Origin: Diplonema japonicum
Lineage: Eukaryota; Protista; Euglenozoa: Diplonemea
DNA length: 64,000 nt
Direction of reading: 5' to 3'
NCBI GenBank assembly: GCA_964019335.1
Contig: OZ025656.1
Location: 434,001 to 498,000, forward strand
Below, one piece after another: positions 20,312-33,848 of the stretch. Below the pieces are notes generated by a model. That model was given only the letters and a program-made list of their open reading frames with translations. It searched no databases and was not told the origin of the DNA. The translations under genes were made by a program, and so were the position numbers. The first letter of the stretch is position 1; the number at the start of each line of letters is the position of its first letter.

Positions 20312-21757
20312 ATGCAGTCGCCAATGGCACCGTCGACCTGGTCCAACTCCGACCTGAAGGAGTGCATGTGCTGGAGCTCATTCTTGAACAACTGGTGTCA
20401 AGGCAAGTGGATGAACCAGTGTGACGACTACTGGCTCACCTACTCATCCTACGTCATCATCGCACTGTTCGGGGCTGGGCTGATCCTTGTGGGGGCCATT
20501 GCCTACTACATCCTCAGGTGTCTTGTGTGCTGTAAGAAGTTGTGCTGCAAGGGGCTGACAGAGGGCGTATCAAATATTGTGCTGATGTCTTACCGAGTGG
20601 GGATCCTTCTGTGCTTCATCACACTGGTGGTCACTGTCGGGGTGTCGAGCCACTACAGAGCTGACGATGTGCACGATGGGCTGCAGTCTGTGAACACCTC
20701 GTTCACTACACAGACAAACGCGCTCCGTGCTGTGACCTCCCTGTACATGAACACAACCTACGACCTCCTGGAGGAGGTGGGCTACCCCAGTGGTTCCGTC
20801 CCCTTTAACATCACCACTGCCATCACCACCGTGAACCACAACGTGGACCACTGGATGCACAATGTGAACACCGCTCAGGACGATGTGATGTCGCACCTGT
20901 GGCTCCTCGACATGTTCCTGTGGCCCTCCCTCATCACCACCGCCCTCCTCCTTGTCTTCAACATGCTGGGGTTCCACCGCATCGTCCCTGAGTTCATGAT
21001 CTTCTTCGTCTTCGTCACGGCCCTCTCCGCCTTCTTCCTGCAGTTCACGGCTGGCTTCTTCCGGAAGGCCTCCGTCGACCTGTGCGATGACTACTTCCCA
21101 GTGGTGGGGTCGCTGATGGAGATCATCGACAGCAAGATCGGCGGCTGCAACGAGGAGGGCAGGCTCGGAGGCATCATCACCAGCACTGTGTTCATCCAGG
21201 ACAGCTACATCACCGAGTCGTGCAAGGCGGCCAACGTGTCTGTCGGGCTGCTGTGCTCGAAGTACTTCACGTGCGACACATGCGACACGTTGGACGGTGT
21301 GGCCAGTGTGCTTGCGAACGGATCTGTTCTGACGGACGGGGCGAGCCTTGGGTGTGTGGGGTGCAGCATCTCGCAGTGTGCCGAGAAGTGCACCGACAGT
21401 GAGGCGAAGACCCTCTCCTCTGAGGCTGTTCAGAAGGATTCCCATGTGAGGGGGGGACTGGCAACCCTGAAGAAGGAGGTGTACCCTGTGGCGGACTGCT
21501 CGTACTTTAGAAACATGCTTACTGCGGTGAAGCCCTCGATCTGCGGGGACTTTGAACCCTCAACAGAAGACTACTTCAACACTGTGGGTGTGGCTGGGGT
21601 GTTTGTGATGTTTGTCTTCATCCTTGCGACCCTTGGCAACTACATGTTCCTGAAGGAGGAGCAGCAGACCCAAGTACAGGATGACGTGATGCCCAATGAG
21701 CCCTTAGAAGATGCTCACTCTGTCGAGAAGGCCCTGCCTGATGACCACACTGTGTGA
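20312..21757 (+). CDS. Tweety/prominin-like 5-TM membrane protein, copy B (481 aa, intronless)
   Basis: Near-identical to copy A over ~1.3 kb; different C-terminal tail. Confidence 0.7.
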   Translation: MQSPMAPSTWSNSDLKECMCWSSFLNNWCQGKWMNQCDDYWLTYSSYVIIALFGAGLILVGAIAYYILRCLVCCKKLCCKGLTEGVSNIVLMSYRVGILLCFITLVVTVGVSSHYRADDVHDGLQSVNTSFTTQTNALRAVTSLYMNTTYDLLEEVGYPSGSVPFNITTAITTVNHNVDHWMHNVNTAQDDVMSHLWLLDMFLWPSLITTALLLVFNMLGFHRIVPEFMIFFVFVTALSAFFLQFTAGFFRKASVDLCDDYFPVVGSLMEIIDSKIGGCNEEGRLGGIITSTVFIQDSYITESCKAANVSVGLLCSKYFTCDTCDTLDGVASVLANGSVLTDGASLGCVGCSISQCAEKCTDSEAKTLSSEAVQKDSHVRGGLATLKKEVYPVADCSYFRNMLTAVKPSICGDFEPSTEDYFNTVGVAGVFVMFVFILATLGNYMFLKEEQQTQVQDDVMPNEPLEDAHSVEKALPDDHTV

Positions 21758-22320
21758 GCCTCCTTCGGTGCTAAATGTTTACCTATTCGTATTTTGTTTT
21801 AACAGCAATCGGACTACCTGCTGTCAAGCAGTTAGTCCATTTAATAGACCCCAAATACAGTACTACCCTCCTACTTGCTCCGCCTTCAGACGAAGGCGTT
21901 TACCTTTTGTTTCCCGTTTATCGCATGCAAGCATGAAATTCTGTTATCAAATTGAATTATACGGACTGACAACTGCCCAAGGGGAACCAAACCAGAAAAA
22001 AGCTAAATTTAGCAAGAAGCTGCGATTCCCCCCGTTTTCCATTCTTTTTTTTATTTTACAGATTTTGTCTGCATGCTTTTTACTCTGTTTCCCCCCCCCC
22101 CCCCCCCCCCCTTCTTTTTTTTCCCATTTTTTCTCTTTTGTACTGCCACCTAGTAGTCAAAAAAAGAATAACTACTCCGCCACCGGTGATATCATGCCAA
22201 GTAACATGATTCGATGGAGCCACTATAAATTCTGAAATCCGTTGAAACCCGTTGTTTCCCCTCTCTCTGTTCGGTTCTTCCCCCCCTCTCTCTTATTTAA
22301 CAAAAACCTTCTCACAGGAA

Positions 22321-25300
22321 ATGAATGGGCGGCATTCAGTTCGTAGTGGTATCCACTCACCCAGAGGTCTGAGCTCTCCCAGAAGACAGTTCCCCGGACA
22401 GGAAAGAAGGGAACCCCAAATAGAAAAGGTCCTGCAGCGAGTGAAGGTGCAAGATGACGCCGTCGCAGAAATGCAGAAGAGGATGGACGCCATGAAGCTG
22501 ACAATGATGGACTTTCAGGTGATCCTAACGAGCCACGAGAAGGAGGTAGAGGGGCTGTGGGCGAGGGGGGTTCCTGCGACACCCATGATAAACGATGCGC
22601 ACGAGCTACTGGAGTTGAAGAGGCAAGTCGCCCTTCTAACTGAAAGAGTAGAGGTGGCTGAGTGCAGGAACCTCAAACCCGTACCTGAGAGCCTTCAGGC
22701 ATCGACGATGGAATTGTTGTTTAACCAAAACCGAGAGTTCATGGACGAGCTTGACTTGAAGCTTAAGGTGACGCAAGACGCATCACTTAGAGAGTCGGAC
22801 AGGGTCGAGTCACAGCTTGCTGCAATCAGAGAAGCCCTACAGCTCGGCGACAAACAGCAAGACATAGACCTCCGAGCAAGCGAATCAAAGATCACACGTA
22901 ACCTCCACAGCATACAGAACGAAACGCACGCATTGTGGTCGTGTCTCGCCTCTTCTCTCGCCTCGCCCAACGTTCCCATTGATTCCCTCGGCGACGGTTC
23001 CATCGTGTCTAAGGTAGGCGGCGTGAGGGACGCCATCTTCAACGTTATCACCGCACAGCTCAGCCAAGCCGTCGAGACGATGCGCAGGGAGGCAGATGAT
23101 CGCTCGAAGTACCACGACTCCAGCCTTAAGAAAATGCAGATGATAGTCGACCGCAACGGCACCTTAGTGGAGAACGTCGCCACTGAGATGAAGGAAGCAC
23201 CCGCATCGCTGATGGTGCAGAACGACACGATGGGCATGATCGACGCAGTGAAAAGGCACGTGGAGCACCAGATGTCCGACCTCACGACAAAGATCACATC
23301 GCAGCAGCTTGGTGTTGTGGACATCGACAGGAGGCTGACCGATAAAATACAAGGGCTGGGGGACGCCTTCTCGCAGATGGAAGCCGTTGTTGGTAAGCTG
23401 AACGACGACGCACGACTCGAGCAGAACAGCATTCAGGACATCATGTCGCAGATAGCAGGGGTGCGCGAAGAACAGGTACGCTCCAGCGACGATGCCAGAA
23501 ACTCGTCGTTGGCCTTCCAAGAGCAGTGCAACGACGTCTTGCAGCGACACATTGCAGAGGTACGGGAACGTCTCGTGCAACAACAACAGGACACTAAGGC
23601 ACAGCTGCACATTGCAGGCGAGAAGGCACTCGCCGCGAATCGGCTCTCCGAGGCAGTGAGGGCTCAGATGGACGACCTGTCGAGTGCTCAGAAGAGAGTC
23701 CAGTCCGAGATGCATGAGCTTGAACTGCACAGAAAGGAAGACCTGCGACGCATCCAACAGCACACAACCGACGCCGTAACACGCGTGCAGCAGTTGACAT
23801 CAGCTGACCTGCACAGGCTTCAGAAGGAGACGACACAAGAATTGCAACGCTACGAGGATGCTGCCAGCAGTTTGTACCGCACGGTGGAGGAACTGCGGGG
23901 AGTGCAGCAGAGGACCCTAGAGGAGTACCACAGACAAGGGGACGAACAAGCAATGGTGCATGCAAAATTCCAGCAACAGCTTACGGAGGTCAACAGCGTG
24001 TTAAAGGAGCAGCTGCAGTCTGAGAGCGACAGGCTGCAAGGCCAGCTGCGCACAGAGTCGCAGACGCTGAACGACCAGATGGTACGCATGAAGACGGACA
24101 TGGGTGAGCGGGTAGGTGCGACTGAGCGGCGTCTCGGAGAGACTGAGAGTGCAATTGACTCTTTCAGGGGGAGGCTCAGGTCACTGGAGATGAACGACAC
24201 AGGGAAGCTTGACAAGGCGTTCGAGGAACTGAAGCAGCGCACAGCGCATATCGATGCAAAGGTGCACACACTGGATAACTGGAGGAGCGAGGCCATATCG
24301 AAGATCGGGAGCCTCGAGGGGAGAATAGCAGATGCAGGCAACGCAGCTCAGCTGACAGTAATGGGGAGGAAGCTCGACGAGGTGGAGCGGGGCTTGAACC
24401 TTGCAAGAGGGTCCGAGAAGGAGGAGTTGCGCAGGGCAATTAAGAGTGACGTAGAGAAGTCGAACACACTGCTTGAGGGGAGGGTCGACAAGCGGGTGGA
24501 CAGCCTGGCGATGCAGGTGCAGGACCATGATAACATCATCAACCAAGTTAGGAGGGACATCAGTGACAACCAAGCGCTCATTGGCCGCAACACAGAGAGC
24601 ATCGCTCGCGTGGACACCAACACCCAGGCGTTGATGAAGAAGCTGAGAGACAATATCACAAAGGAACTGCAGCCGATGATCGAGGGCTGCAACAAGCAGA
24701 TCAAAACAACGGCCGGTGTTGTGAGCGACCTGCAGACCACAGTGGACGAGCTAGAGGAGCTCATCAAGACACGCGAGGCGGAGACAGAGAAGGCAACAGC
24801 ACAGTTCGACGAGCTAAAGGTATAGACACCCTCACCCTCCCCCACCTGTCATGAACACGCCATAACAGGATGACATGCGCAAGCAGCTGATGGACTACGT
24901 CTCGAAGATGAGTGAGATGGAAAAGCTCTTCCAAGCGATCAGGAATGAGTTTGACATTCATAAGGTAAAAAGTCGATGAGAGTTACAAAAAAAAAAGAAA
25001 ATTAAATCAGAGCGACTTGAACAGCAACACTGCCGAAGATGAAAAGAGAGCCAGAGAGCTGCAGCAGATGCTGTACAGGGAGTGCGACAATATGAAGAAA
25101 ACCTTCGAGGATATGTTTGACAAGATGAGGGCAGACCTTGCATCGAACTCCGAAGAGGACGAAAGACGAGCGATGGAAATGCAGAGAATAGTCACGACAT
25201 ACTCTGATGAGTTCAAACAGATGAGGGTATGATTTATTTTTTTTTGAAAAAAAGAATGTTTTACAGACTGATTTGGAGAAGAACCAAGATGACGATTTGA

Positions 25301-25677
25301 AGCGAGAGCAGTATTTCCAGCAGATGGTGGATGAACTAGTGGCTGATGTAGAGCAGAAGAACAAGCAGTCTGTGAAGGAGATGGAGCAAATTCACATGGC
25401 TGCAAATGACTTGTTCCAGGAAATGCAGCAACAGTTCGGTGTGTGGAGGGACCGTGTGGCACAGAGTGAGCAGACACTGCAGAAACTTGACGGGTATGGC
25501 AAAAGATTTTCGGGAAAAAAGAAAAAAAAAAAAAATAGAATGCTCCACCAATCTATCAATGAAAATCGTAACACGCTCAACGGCTATGGTGAGAAGATCG
25601 ATAAGCTCGAGATCGATCTCCAAACACAGGTTAGGAGAGCCAACCGTGAACTCGAGAGGCTCGGCAGCGGTGATTAA
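22321..25677 (+). CDS. Large coiled-coil protein (5 exons)
   Basis: Heptad-rich Q/E/L sequence; four short GT-AG introns join the 22252, 25017 and 25273 ORFs. Confidence 0.75.
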
Positions 25678-25966
25678 ATGTAAGAAGAAAAGCGAATTTA
25701 TTTAGAGTTTCCCCTTTCTTCTTTTTGCAACGATATAAATCAAAAATTTAGAGGGGGCATGTGTCCCCCCCCCTCAAAAAATGTTAGATCTTTTTTATAC
25801 TCATTTTTGTATTTTAACAACCCCTCCTCTGTTACACGCACAAAAAATTTCTGTTTATTGACTTTTTTATTTTCTCCCCTTTCACGTGTTGTAGTTTATA
25901 ATTATCCTTTTTTTTTTTTCCTGTTGTTCTTCTCATCTCCCTTCCCCATGATTTCTTTTTCTGTTG

Positions 25967-25997
<31 letters not shown>

Positions 25998-26245
25998 TTA
26001 TAAATTATTCGTGTTTCTGGACCCCATCTCGACATCTGCGGGGGTATAGAGGACCTCGGCGTGCCCAGGCCAATTTTGCACTATTTAAATACCCGAACCG
26101 ATTAAAATACCCGATTGGTATCGGTATAACGTGCAGGCTATGTAAATATTTTTTAATTAGAAGTTCACCAAAAACCCCCCGTAAAGGGAAGGAAGAAAAA
26201 AAAAAAGAGAAAAAAAAGAAGAAAAAATAATGCATCGGGTAGAGG

Positions 26246-29200
26246 ATGCCAGCTCAAACGGATTTTTGTGAATCGTCCCGGGTGTGGTCGGGAAAATGTA
26301 CTTATAAAATAGGCGACGATGCCTTGCAAGGACAGTACGGTGTGTTGGAAATATTCATAGGGGGCTTGGAGGTTGCTGTGGAGGCCACGCAGTCATCATT
26401 CTCGTTGATTAACGATGTGAATTTCGAAGAAACGATCCGTGACGAAGCAAACAACAAAACAAGGATACCCTTCAAAGGCCTGGTGCAGGTTGATTGTGAC
26501 TTGGAACGGAGCATCGCGGTTGAAAGTTCGGGGTTGGGGGTCATCATTTTCTACGACATCAGCGACCAACGGGTTAAAGGCCTTCGAAGATTGGTTAACT
26601 TCTTCATTACACGATCATCAGGTGGAGAGGGTAAACCACAGCATGAAAAACTTCTCTCAAGTCGGACGGAGATCGATCTCATCTCCGCCTTTGAGTTCGA
26701 GGAGTACATGGCAATTCTCCAGAAGACCTTCAACATTACCATGCCGCAGAGCATTGGGCAGCTGTATCACCTCCGCAATGTGTGTTCCTCCTACGCAAGC
26801 GAACCTTGTGACGTTTATCTCGTGTCGCCTTACCTCTGCTTCGACAGTGACGAAAAGAAAGTTGTCAACCTCAACACAATTGCGACTTTGAAGGTTCGCA
26901 AGAATAGGATAACCGTGAAGTTTTTAGATGGGCGGGAGAAGCTGGAGCTCAAAATAGATGCCGATAACAGTGATTCGTTCTTCAAGTCTTTGAAGGAGGC
27001 TTGGCTGATGACGTGCTATGCGGAGTGTTCAAATTTGAAGAATAAAGTGGTGGGGAGTACAAACGACCTGTTGCATGTACTCAAACGGCTGTATCTGCAC
27101 TTCGACTCCCTCGATGCTGACAATAATGGTTTCGTGAAGAAGAAGCACTTCCAGTCCGCTATGCAGCCCCTCCTCCAAAGCAGCGAGTTCTCCAACTATA
27201 TCTTCCGTGCCCTCGCCGATGAAGAGCGGGAACTCATGAACTTCGTGACCTTCCTCTCTGGCATGGGCGAAACCATTCTCGGCGACACGGCTGATAAACT
27301 GAACTTTAGCTTCAAACTCTTCGACGTTAACCAAGACGGTCACATCGACCTCACCGAGTTCACAGAAGCCCTCCGTCTCTTCCACTCTCTTGGGAATTTC
27401 AAACTCCCGAAAAACGAGACTCTCGAGGAGTTCGCTGCCCGGCTTTTCAACCAAGAGCTGGGGCCCCGCAGCAGCTCGATTTCTGTGCGGTCTCCCATCA
27501 ACCAGCCCTTCGCCATGTCTTTCAAGGAGTACAAAGCTTGCCTTCTTCACAACGAAGAGCTGCACCTCGCCTCGGAGTCCCTTGCCAACTTCGCCCAACA
27601 CCACACCCACACAGACGCGCTGTACAAACGAGCAAAGGACAAGTTCATCTTGTTCGGGAATCGCGATTGGGAGCTGGCTTCACGCATCTTGCACGGCATC
27701 ACACGGTCCGTGATCAACGCGCACGAGTGCGATGTGAAAAAGGTAAAAGAATGGATCGCAAATCCTAGCACGGGGACGCCAGCACAACTTGACGAGTGGT
27801 TGCAGAAGGAAAAGTCTGCTAAGAGCTGTTTTGTAATGGGCAAGGAGGGCTACAATGAGGCAACATGTACATGTTCTCTGAAGCCGTCACTGCCTGCGTT
27901 CACAGACTATGCACCGCAGATCTTCAGGCTGCTGCGGAGGCAGTACGGGTTGGACAAGACAGCCTACTTGAGGTCTCTCGGCATCGACATCATGGTATTC
28001 AACCTGCTGTTCGGGAACCTCTGCACGCTAAAGCAGATGTCCTCGTCCAGCCTCAGCGGGTCCATCTTCTTCGTCTCCCACGACGAGCGGTTCATCGTCA
28101 AGTCCCTCCCCAGTGACGAGTTCAACACCTTCCGCAAGATGCTCCCCCAGTATTTCAAGCACATGACCGCTAACCCCGACTCTCTCATCACAAGGTTCTG
28201 CGGGCTGTATTCCGCAAATCTGAATGGCAAGAAAATCAGGATCGTTGCTATGGCGCATGTCTTCACGCCGTCGCCTGGGAAGGAGATCAAGCAGGTCTAC
28301 GACCTCAAGGGGAGCACTGTGAACAGGTCAGTGAAAGTGGTATGCATTTTATAATAGTACCACACCACTCAACAGAAAGACAATACTGTGGCAATGAAGG
28401 ACCTCAATCTGAACAGGTGCATAGAGCTAAGGTGGGACTGGCGGCAGAGGCTGCTGTGGCAGATGAACATCGATGCCTTATTTTTAGAGAGCCAAGGGTT
28501 GATTGATTATTCGTTCCTGCTGGGGATCGACAGTTCGAGGAGGAGAGCAGAGTTGCCGATGAAGAGTACTGTGGCGAACAGGAACCTCAAAGCGCTGAAG
28601 ACGAGCGAGAAGATGGCCACGCACACCGGGTGCACGTGTGTACCCAATGTGAAATTGACTGAACCCTTGACTGCCATCGACCATATTGACAGCTCGAAGG
28701 ACTCCGTCCCTAGCAATTTGCAGGGCTGCAACGCGTTCGCTGTGCATGAAGGCGGCGTGTCGACCAGCGACAACACGGAAGTTGTGTACTTCGGCATCAT
28801 CGATATCCTTACGAAGTACGACTGGCAAAAGTGGTCTGAGCACCGCCTGAAGCGATTATGGTATGCCCTCCACCCGACATCACAAGCACATCACAGCCAC
28901 GGGAGAATGAGGATGTCATGCGTGCCCCCCGCCCAATATCGCGCCAGGTTCATCACCTTCATTTCCGAGGTCTTCACCAAACCACAAGGCGATGTCCCCA
29001 TGGTATGCGACAATCAGCAAGAAGCAATATACCCCTACAGCTGAAGCTTCCTGCGAACGTGTCGCCTGGGGGGAGGTTCCGCGCTGTAAGCGAGGCGGGG
29101 CTCTCCGTGGAGCTTGTGGTCTCTGCCCACCCTGACCCCATGATCTGGGTGATTACACGGCCTAAAGGAACGGCACCTGACGAAGAGGGAGAGACAGCCT

Positions 29201-30586
29201 TTGTGAGGAGCAAGTGTCGGCTGGAGGACGTGGTCTTCGGCAATACATTAGACATCAAGACGATTGACAGGTCGAATGCCCAGAAGGAGAAAGAGCTCAT
29301 TCTCGTGATGCGCACAGACAGGCTCTTTCCGGCAAAGTTCTACTTCAAGATGGACACTGTCTCGAAGTATCGTTTCCTCGCTTCGTCGTGGAACGTACGG
29401 AACCCAGGACACTTCACGCATGCAAGCATCAAGGTGACAGTCGTGCACCTGCACTTCATGAGCAGCACGTGTCTCACTGACTTAACGAACCACATAGCTG
29501 AAATGGGTGAGAATATGTTGATACTTGTTTGCATTACGGTGGAGAAGCAGTTCACTGCAGGCCTGAAGGGGCCTGTTGAACAGCTTGCTCTGAAGCTTTC
29601 GCGGGCGTACCATTTGGAGAGCGTGATATCATGCAAAGAGTGCAAGCTGGCGTTGTTCGTCCCATTCAGTGAACGGGGCATTGTGACGGACTTAAGGTCT
29701 TCCGCAGGCTCGCAAGACGTGCCTGTCTGCGTGATGCTCATGCAGCTAGGGCAGATGCCCATCGCTGTGGTAGCGTCGCCGTGTATGTCGGATCCTAAGG
29801 CGTTCCATAAAGCAGTGCGGTTTATATCTCGTTCGATGCAGGTGGAGGGTAGCATCCTTGAACTCATCCCCGCCACAATATGGTTGACCTTCGAGACTGA
29901 AGACGGCGAAGAGGCAACTTACGCGGATATCGGCGTCTTCAACAGGTTCTGCAAACTGGAGTGCAACGAGAACCTCTTGTACCACGACAGGCAGAACGTG
30001 CTCACTGTCTTTGACGCAAAGACAGCACCCTTGATGAGTGCCACAACCTTTGACATCCAGATGCAGGATGACATTTTCGCGCCCTTTGCGAAGTACACGC
30101 CTGAAACGGGTACTAAGATTGTGTTGCGTGGGCTACGGCTTCAGTGCGAGCTGCCTGATAGATGGCCGAAAGGTGTCACTTTGAATGTGTCAGGCGACTT
30201 CCTTCCGCAGCCAAGCAGCGCTGGGAACGGTTCGTACAATGGAGGATGTTGGTGCTGGCCCGATTTGACGGTGCTACCGCTAGGGACAGAAGGACACAGA
30301 CTGGCGCCACCTGCGCTTATGCGGCAGTTCCTGAGCAAGCGATGTTTGGTGCTGACCATCAACAGCCCGGTTGATGCAACAGCAGACCCGAACGACCAAA
30401 CCACCACGTCATGGGTGTACCACGGGGTCCTGCAGGGGGCCGTGCCTTTGATTGACATCTCGCAACCCTTCTCAGTAGAAATGCATAATTACGGTATGCT
30501 TCCATGGCAATGGACCCGTTTCATACATTCACTTTACAGGACTTCGGAGTCAGTGCACCATGAAGGGCACCATCGCTTTGGTGTAG
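26246..30586 (+). CDS. Multidomain PIP 5-kinase: PH/GRAM-like + EF-hands + PIP5K + SHIP-like C-terminal module (~1406 aa; introns 28340-28375, 29003-29040, 30494-30539)
   Basis: PIP5K motifs FTDYAPQIF, SGSIFFVSHDERFIVKS, YDLKGS, IDYSFLLGI, YFGIIDILTKY; EF-hands DADNNGFV and DVNQDGHIDLTEF; introns join three ORFs in frame. Confidence 0.85.
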
Positions 30587-30676
30587 ACAGTTTTCTCGTA
30601 TTTGTATTAAGTATATTAACCTGTTGAGTGCCATGGTCAAACCGTTCTGACAGAGGTCCACAAATAAGTAATAAAA

Positions 30677-33165
30677 ATGGGGGCAGGTAGTAGTAAGGAG
30701 GAGTTCAATCAGAGGATTCAGAAGCTGATGACGTCGAACGCAGCAGACGTCGATTCGAGCTTCTGGCGGCCGGTGTTCATTACAGAGGCCTCGCTTGATG
30801 AGATACACATGCTGCTGAAGCTAGACGAGGTTCGAAGGGTGCGGCTACAGCATCCGCAAAATTTGGCGTTGTTAATGTTTCAGTGTTTGGAGCAGCTCAG
30901 ACACTTCTTGAAAGAAACGAAGAAAGAACAGGTTCTGGATTTTAAGAGCGCGAGTAACAGCCTGCGCATCATCACCAGGTTGATGCCCATCCTGCTTGAA
31001 GAAGTCAAGGAAGGCGACAACAGGGCGGTGAACTTTGTGGAGGAGTTTTTCTGGCAAAACAAAAAACTGTTGCCATCGGACAGGAACGCGAAGTTTACGT
31101 CTATCGCAGGGCAGCCTCTAGAGGGGTCCATCGGGACCGTGCTCATGCAGACCCTCGTCGATATGGCGCACACGCCCAACTTCTGTCTGAACCCCATGGC
31201 TAAGATAGAAATCGACAACAAGCACCCCTCGTACGACCTCATCAACCCCTCACTCCTTTGGTACGGTGGGATCGGCCCAACCAACAACATCCCCTCATGG
31301 GCTGCCCTCGACAGGAACAGGCTCGATGTCGTCACGTGCCTGCTCGCGTGCTGCACGGGGCCCGTCTTCCAAGCTGACCCTCTTGCGAAAGACAAGTTCA
31401 TCGACACGCTTGCGCGTGACGCTGCAGACCTTCCTACTTTTACTTACTCGCTGCTGAACTGCATTGTGCCTTATAACCCGACGGGCACACTGCCCTACTC
31501 TTCTTACATGACTGACACCAAAGAGCCGCTCATGAATGTGGCTATACACCTGTTGCTCGTTATCCTTGACAACGGGTACTTGTGCAGAGCGTTCCCAGAC
31601 TCCAAGGAACAAGCGCCCCCTAAGGGGTACGCTGTCGCTGCGCAGACCAGCGAGAACGTCTTCTGGCGGACAGTGTCGAACATCTCGTGTGAGCATGACA
31701 TGGCGTCGCTCTTCAACGGGCTGGTGAAGCTGCTTGGCAACCCCCTGGATGCCAAGTCCACGTGGCTCCCCGGGTCGCAAAAGTCGCTTGACAACGCACA
31801 GGAAGTACTGGGGCTGGTGTGGAAGATGCTAGACTGCAACGTGGTGTTTAGGAAGTTCGTGTGCAAAGAAATGCAGATTGCCAAACTGGTGGTCCCGCTG
31901 CTGTACCTGATGTGGTTGGCGAAGACGTCGAGAGAGAAGGTGGCTGCACTGCAAGTGGCCCTGTGGATCATGCTACTGCTGTCGGGCGAGAGGGACTTCG
32001 GTGTCAGCTTGAACGAGACGATAACAACGATGCCCCCGAAGCTCCCCCTGCCGGTGTTCGGTGGCTCGTACATCGATCTCGTTGTTATTGTGTTCCAGCA
32101 ACTGATCCAGTCTGGCGTGGAATGGGTTAGGATATCAACCGACGGCTTCCTCACAGTGATCGCAAACTTATCACCCTACGCGAAGTCGCTGTGCATGGTG
32201 TCCGCGACAAAGCTTCTCAACCTCTTCGAAGCCATCTCAGGGCCGAGGTTCCTGAACAGCTCGGAGGAAAACTGGAAATGCTTGTCGCTGCTCCTCCAGG
32301 CCTTTAATAACCTGATCCAATATCAGTATGAAGGCAACACACCGCTTATCTATGCCATCTTGAGGAGGCAGACAGCGTTTGAATTGCTGGCGGAGAGCTT
32401 GAAAGGGGCGGGGCCCAATGCCATCACTGCAGAGTGGAGGACACAGGTCCCGATTTCAACGGTGATGCGAATGCTTAGCGTGCTGTTCCCGGAAGTGCAG
32501 AGGTTTTGTGAGGAGAGGTCCGCAGCGGAGCCGGAAATGTTGGGATTCCTGCAGAAAACAACATTGGTGGGGCTGCTTCCTCAACCACACTCCATTCTCA
32601 TCCGATCGTACTTCGCCACACCTCATATTTACTCATACATCACTGTCTGGGCATGGGGGCTGTTGTACAACAAGCACCAGCTCCCTCAGATGTTTATCGC
32701 GCAGAGCATCAAGCTCTTCCCTATTTACACTGAAGTTGGTGATGGGAAGTTGCAACCTGTTGTCAAGGATAAGCCGGAAGTGAAGACTCCGCAACTTGTT
32801 TCTCAGGAAACCCAAGAAGCTGTTAAACAACCACCGAAAGCGACCCCTAAAAGCCAGACACCCCCACCCCGTAATGAACCTATGAAAGGTTACTCGGCGC
32901 CGCCCAGTGCTGCAAAACCTGTTGAGGAACAGAAAGAGCAGATGGAAGGTGCTGCTTCGTCACCGCCAACTACGGATTCACAGTTGCATAAGAAGCTTGC
33001 CGAACTGCAGGTACAAAGTTCAGTTTTTTTTTTTTTTTTTAATTGAAATTTTATTTAATACAGGATTTAAGAAATTCTCAATCGTCGATCCAGCGTCAGA
33101 TCAGGGACAGGCAAGAACGGATACAGTCAGCAATGGCGAGGTCGCAGGGTGGCGTGGTCCTGTGA
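30677..33165 (+). CDS. HID1: HID1/Dymeclin-family protein (intron 33011-33063)
   Basis: MG myristoylation start; LLLSGERDFGVSLN, NLSPYAKSLCMVSATKLLNLFE, FNNLIQYQYEGNTPLIYAILR, LQKTTLVGLLPQPHSILIR. Confidence 0.9.
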
Positions 33166-33343
33166 TCTTTTTTTTTTTTTTAAAAAGAAATGAATCTTTT
33201 TTTTTTTCCCCTTTAAGTATCGTTTCCCCACCCTTTTTTTTTTCTCTTTTTTCCATCCCCCTTTTTTTAAAAGAGGCAACGAAACAAGATGAGAGAGAGA
33301 AAAAAACAAAGAACATGGCAATTTTTTTTTTATCGCGCACGGG

Positions 33344-33375
<32 letters not shown>

Positions 33376-33848
33376 GTTTCTAATGAAAGAATTAAGGAAA
33401 AGAACATGATGGTGAAAAACAGCAACGGGGATAGGAAAAGTGTAGTTTTTTTTTTCTTTTCTTTCTTTTCTGAGTTTTATTTTGTTTTTCTTCTTTTATT
33501 TTACTTTATTTCTTTCGAAAACCTAGCTGTTCTTCTTCTTTATATCTCCTCTTCCCATTTCATTCTTCTTCCAATAGATCTCACAGCTTCGCACGATCTT
33601 TTTTTTTCTTCATTCCCCCCCCTCCCCTTCTTTTTTTCACAAAAGAACTTTAAAAAAGAAAAAGAACAGGCGAGTTACTTCAGTGCGCAACGGTTCCAAG
33701 CTTTTTACCTAAAATAAAAAGAGATATTATTATTTTTTTTTTTTCGTTTTCTTTTTTTCTTTTGAATAACTAAAAAAATAAAATAAAAAGGGGGAAGGAC
33801 CATCGTTTCCCTCACACTCCCCTCTCAAAAAAAAAAAAAAAAAAAAAT

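Noticed and set aside
17826-21445. Long minus-strand ORFs (332 and 291 aa) and other antisense ORFs
   Set aside because: Shadows of strongly codon-biased + strand genes; no protein motifs
26086-26127. Short AAATACCCGA direct repeat with a partial inverted copy upstream of the PIP5K gene
   Set aside because: Too short and seen only once; cannot be distinguished from chance
28858-29044. Overlap of two ORFs suggesting programmed frameshift or TGA readthrough (also 6490-6529 and 52998)
   Set aside because: Fully explained by short canonical GT-AG introns
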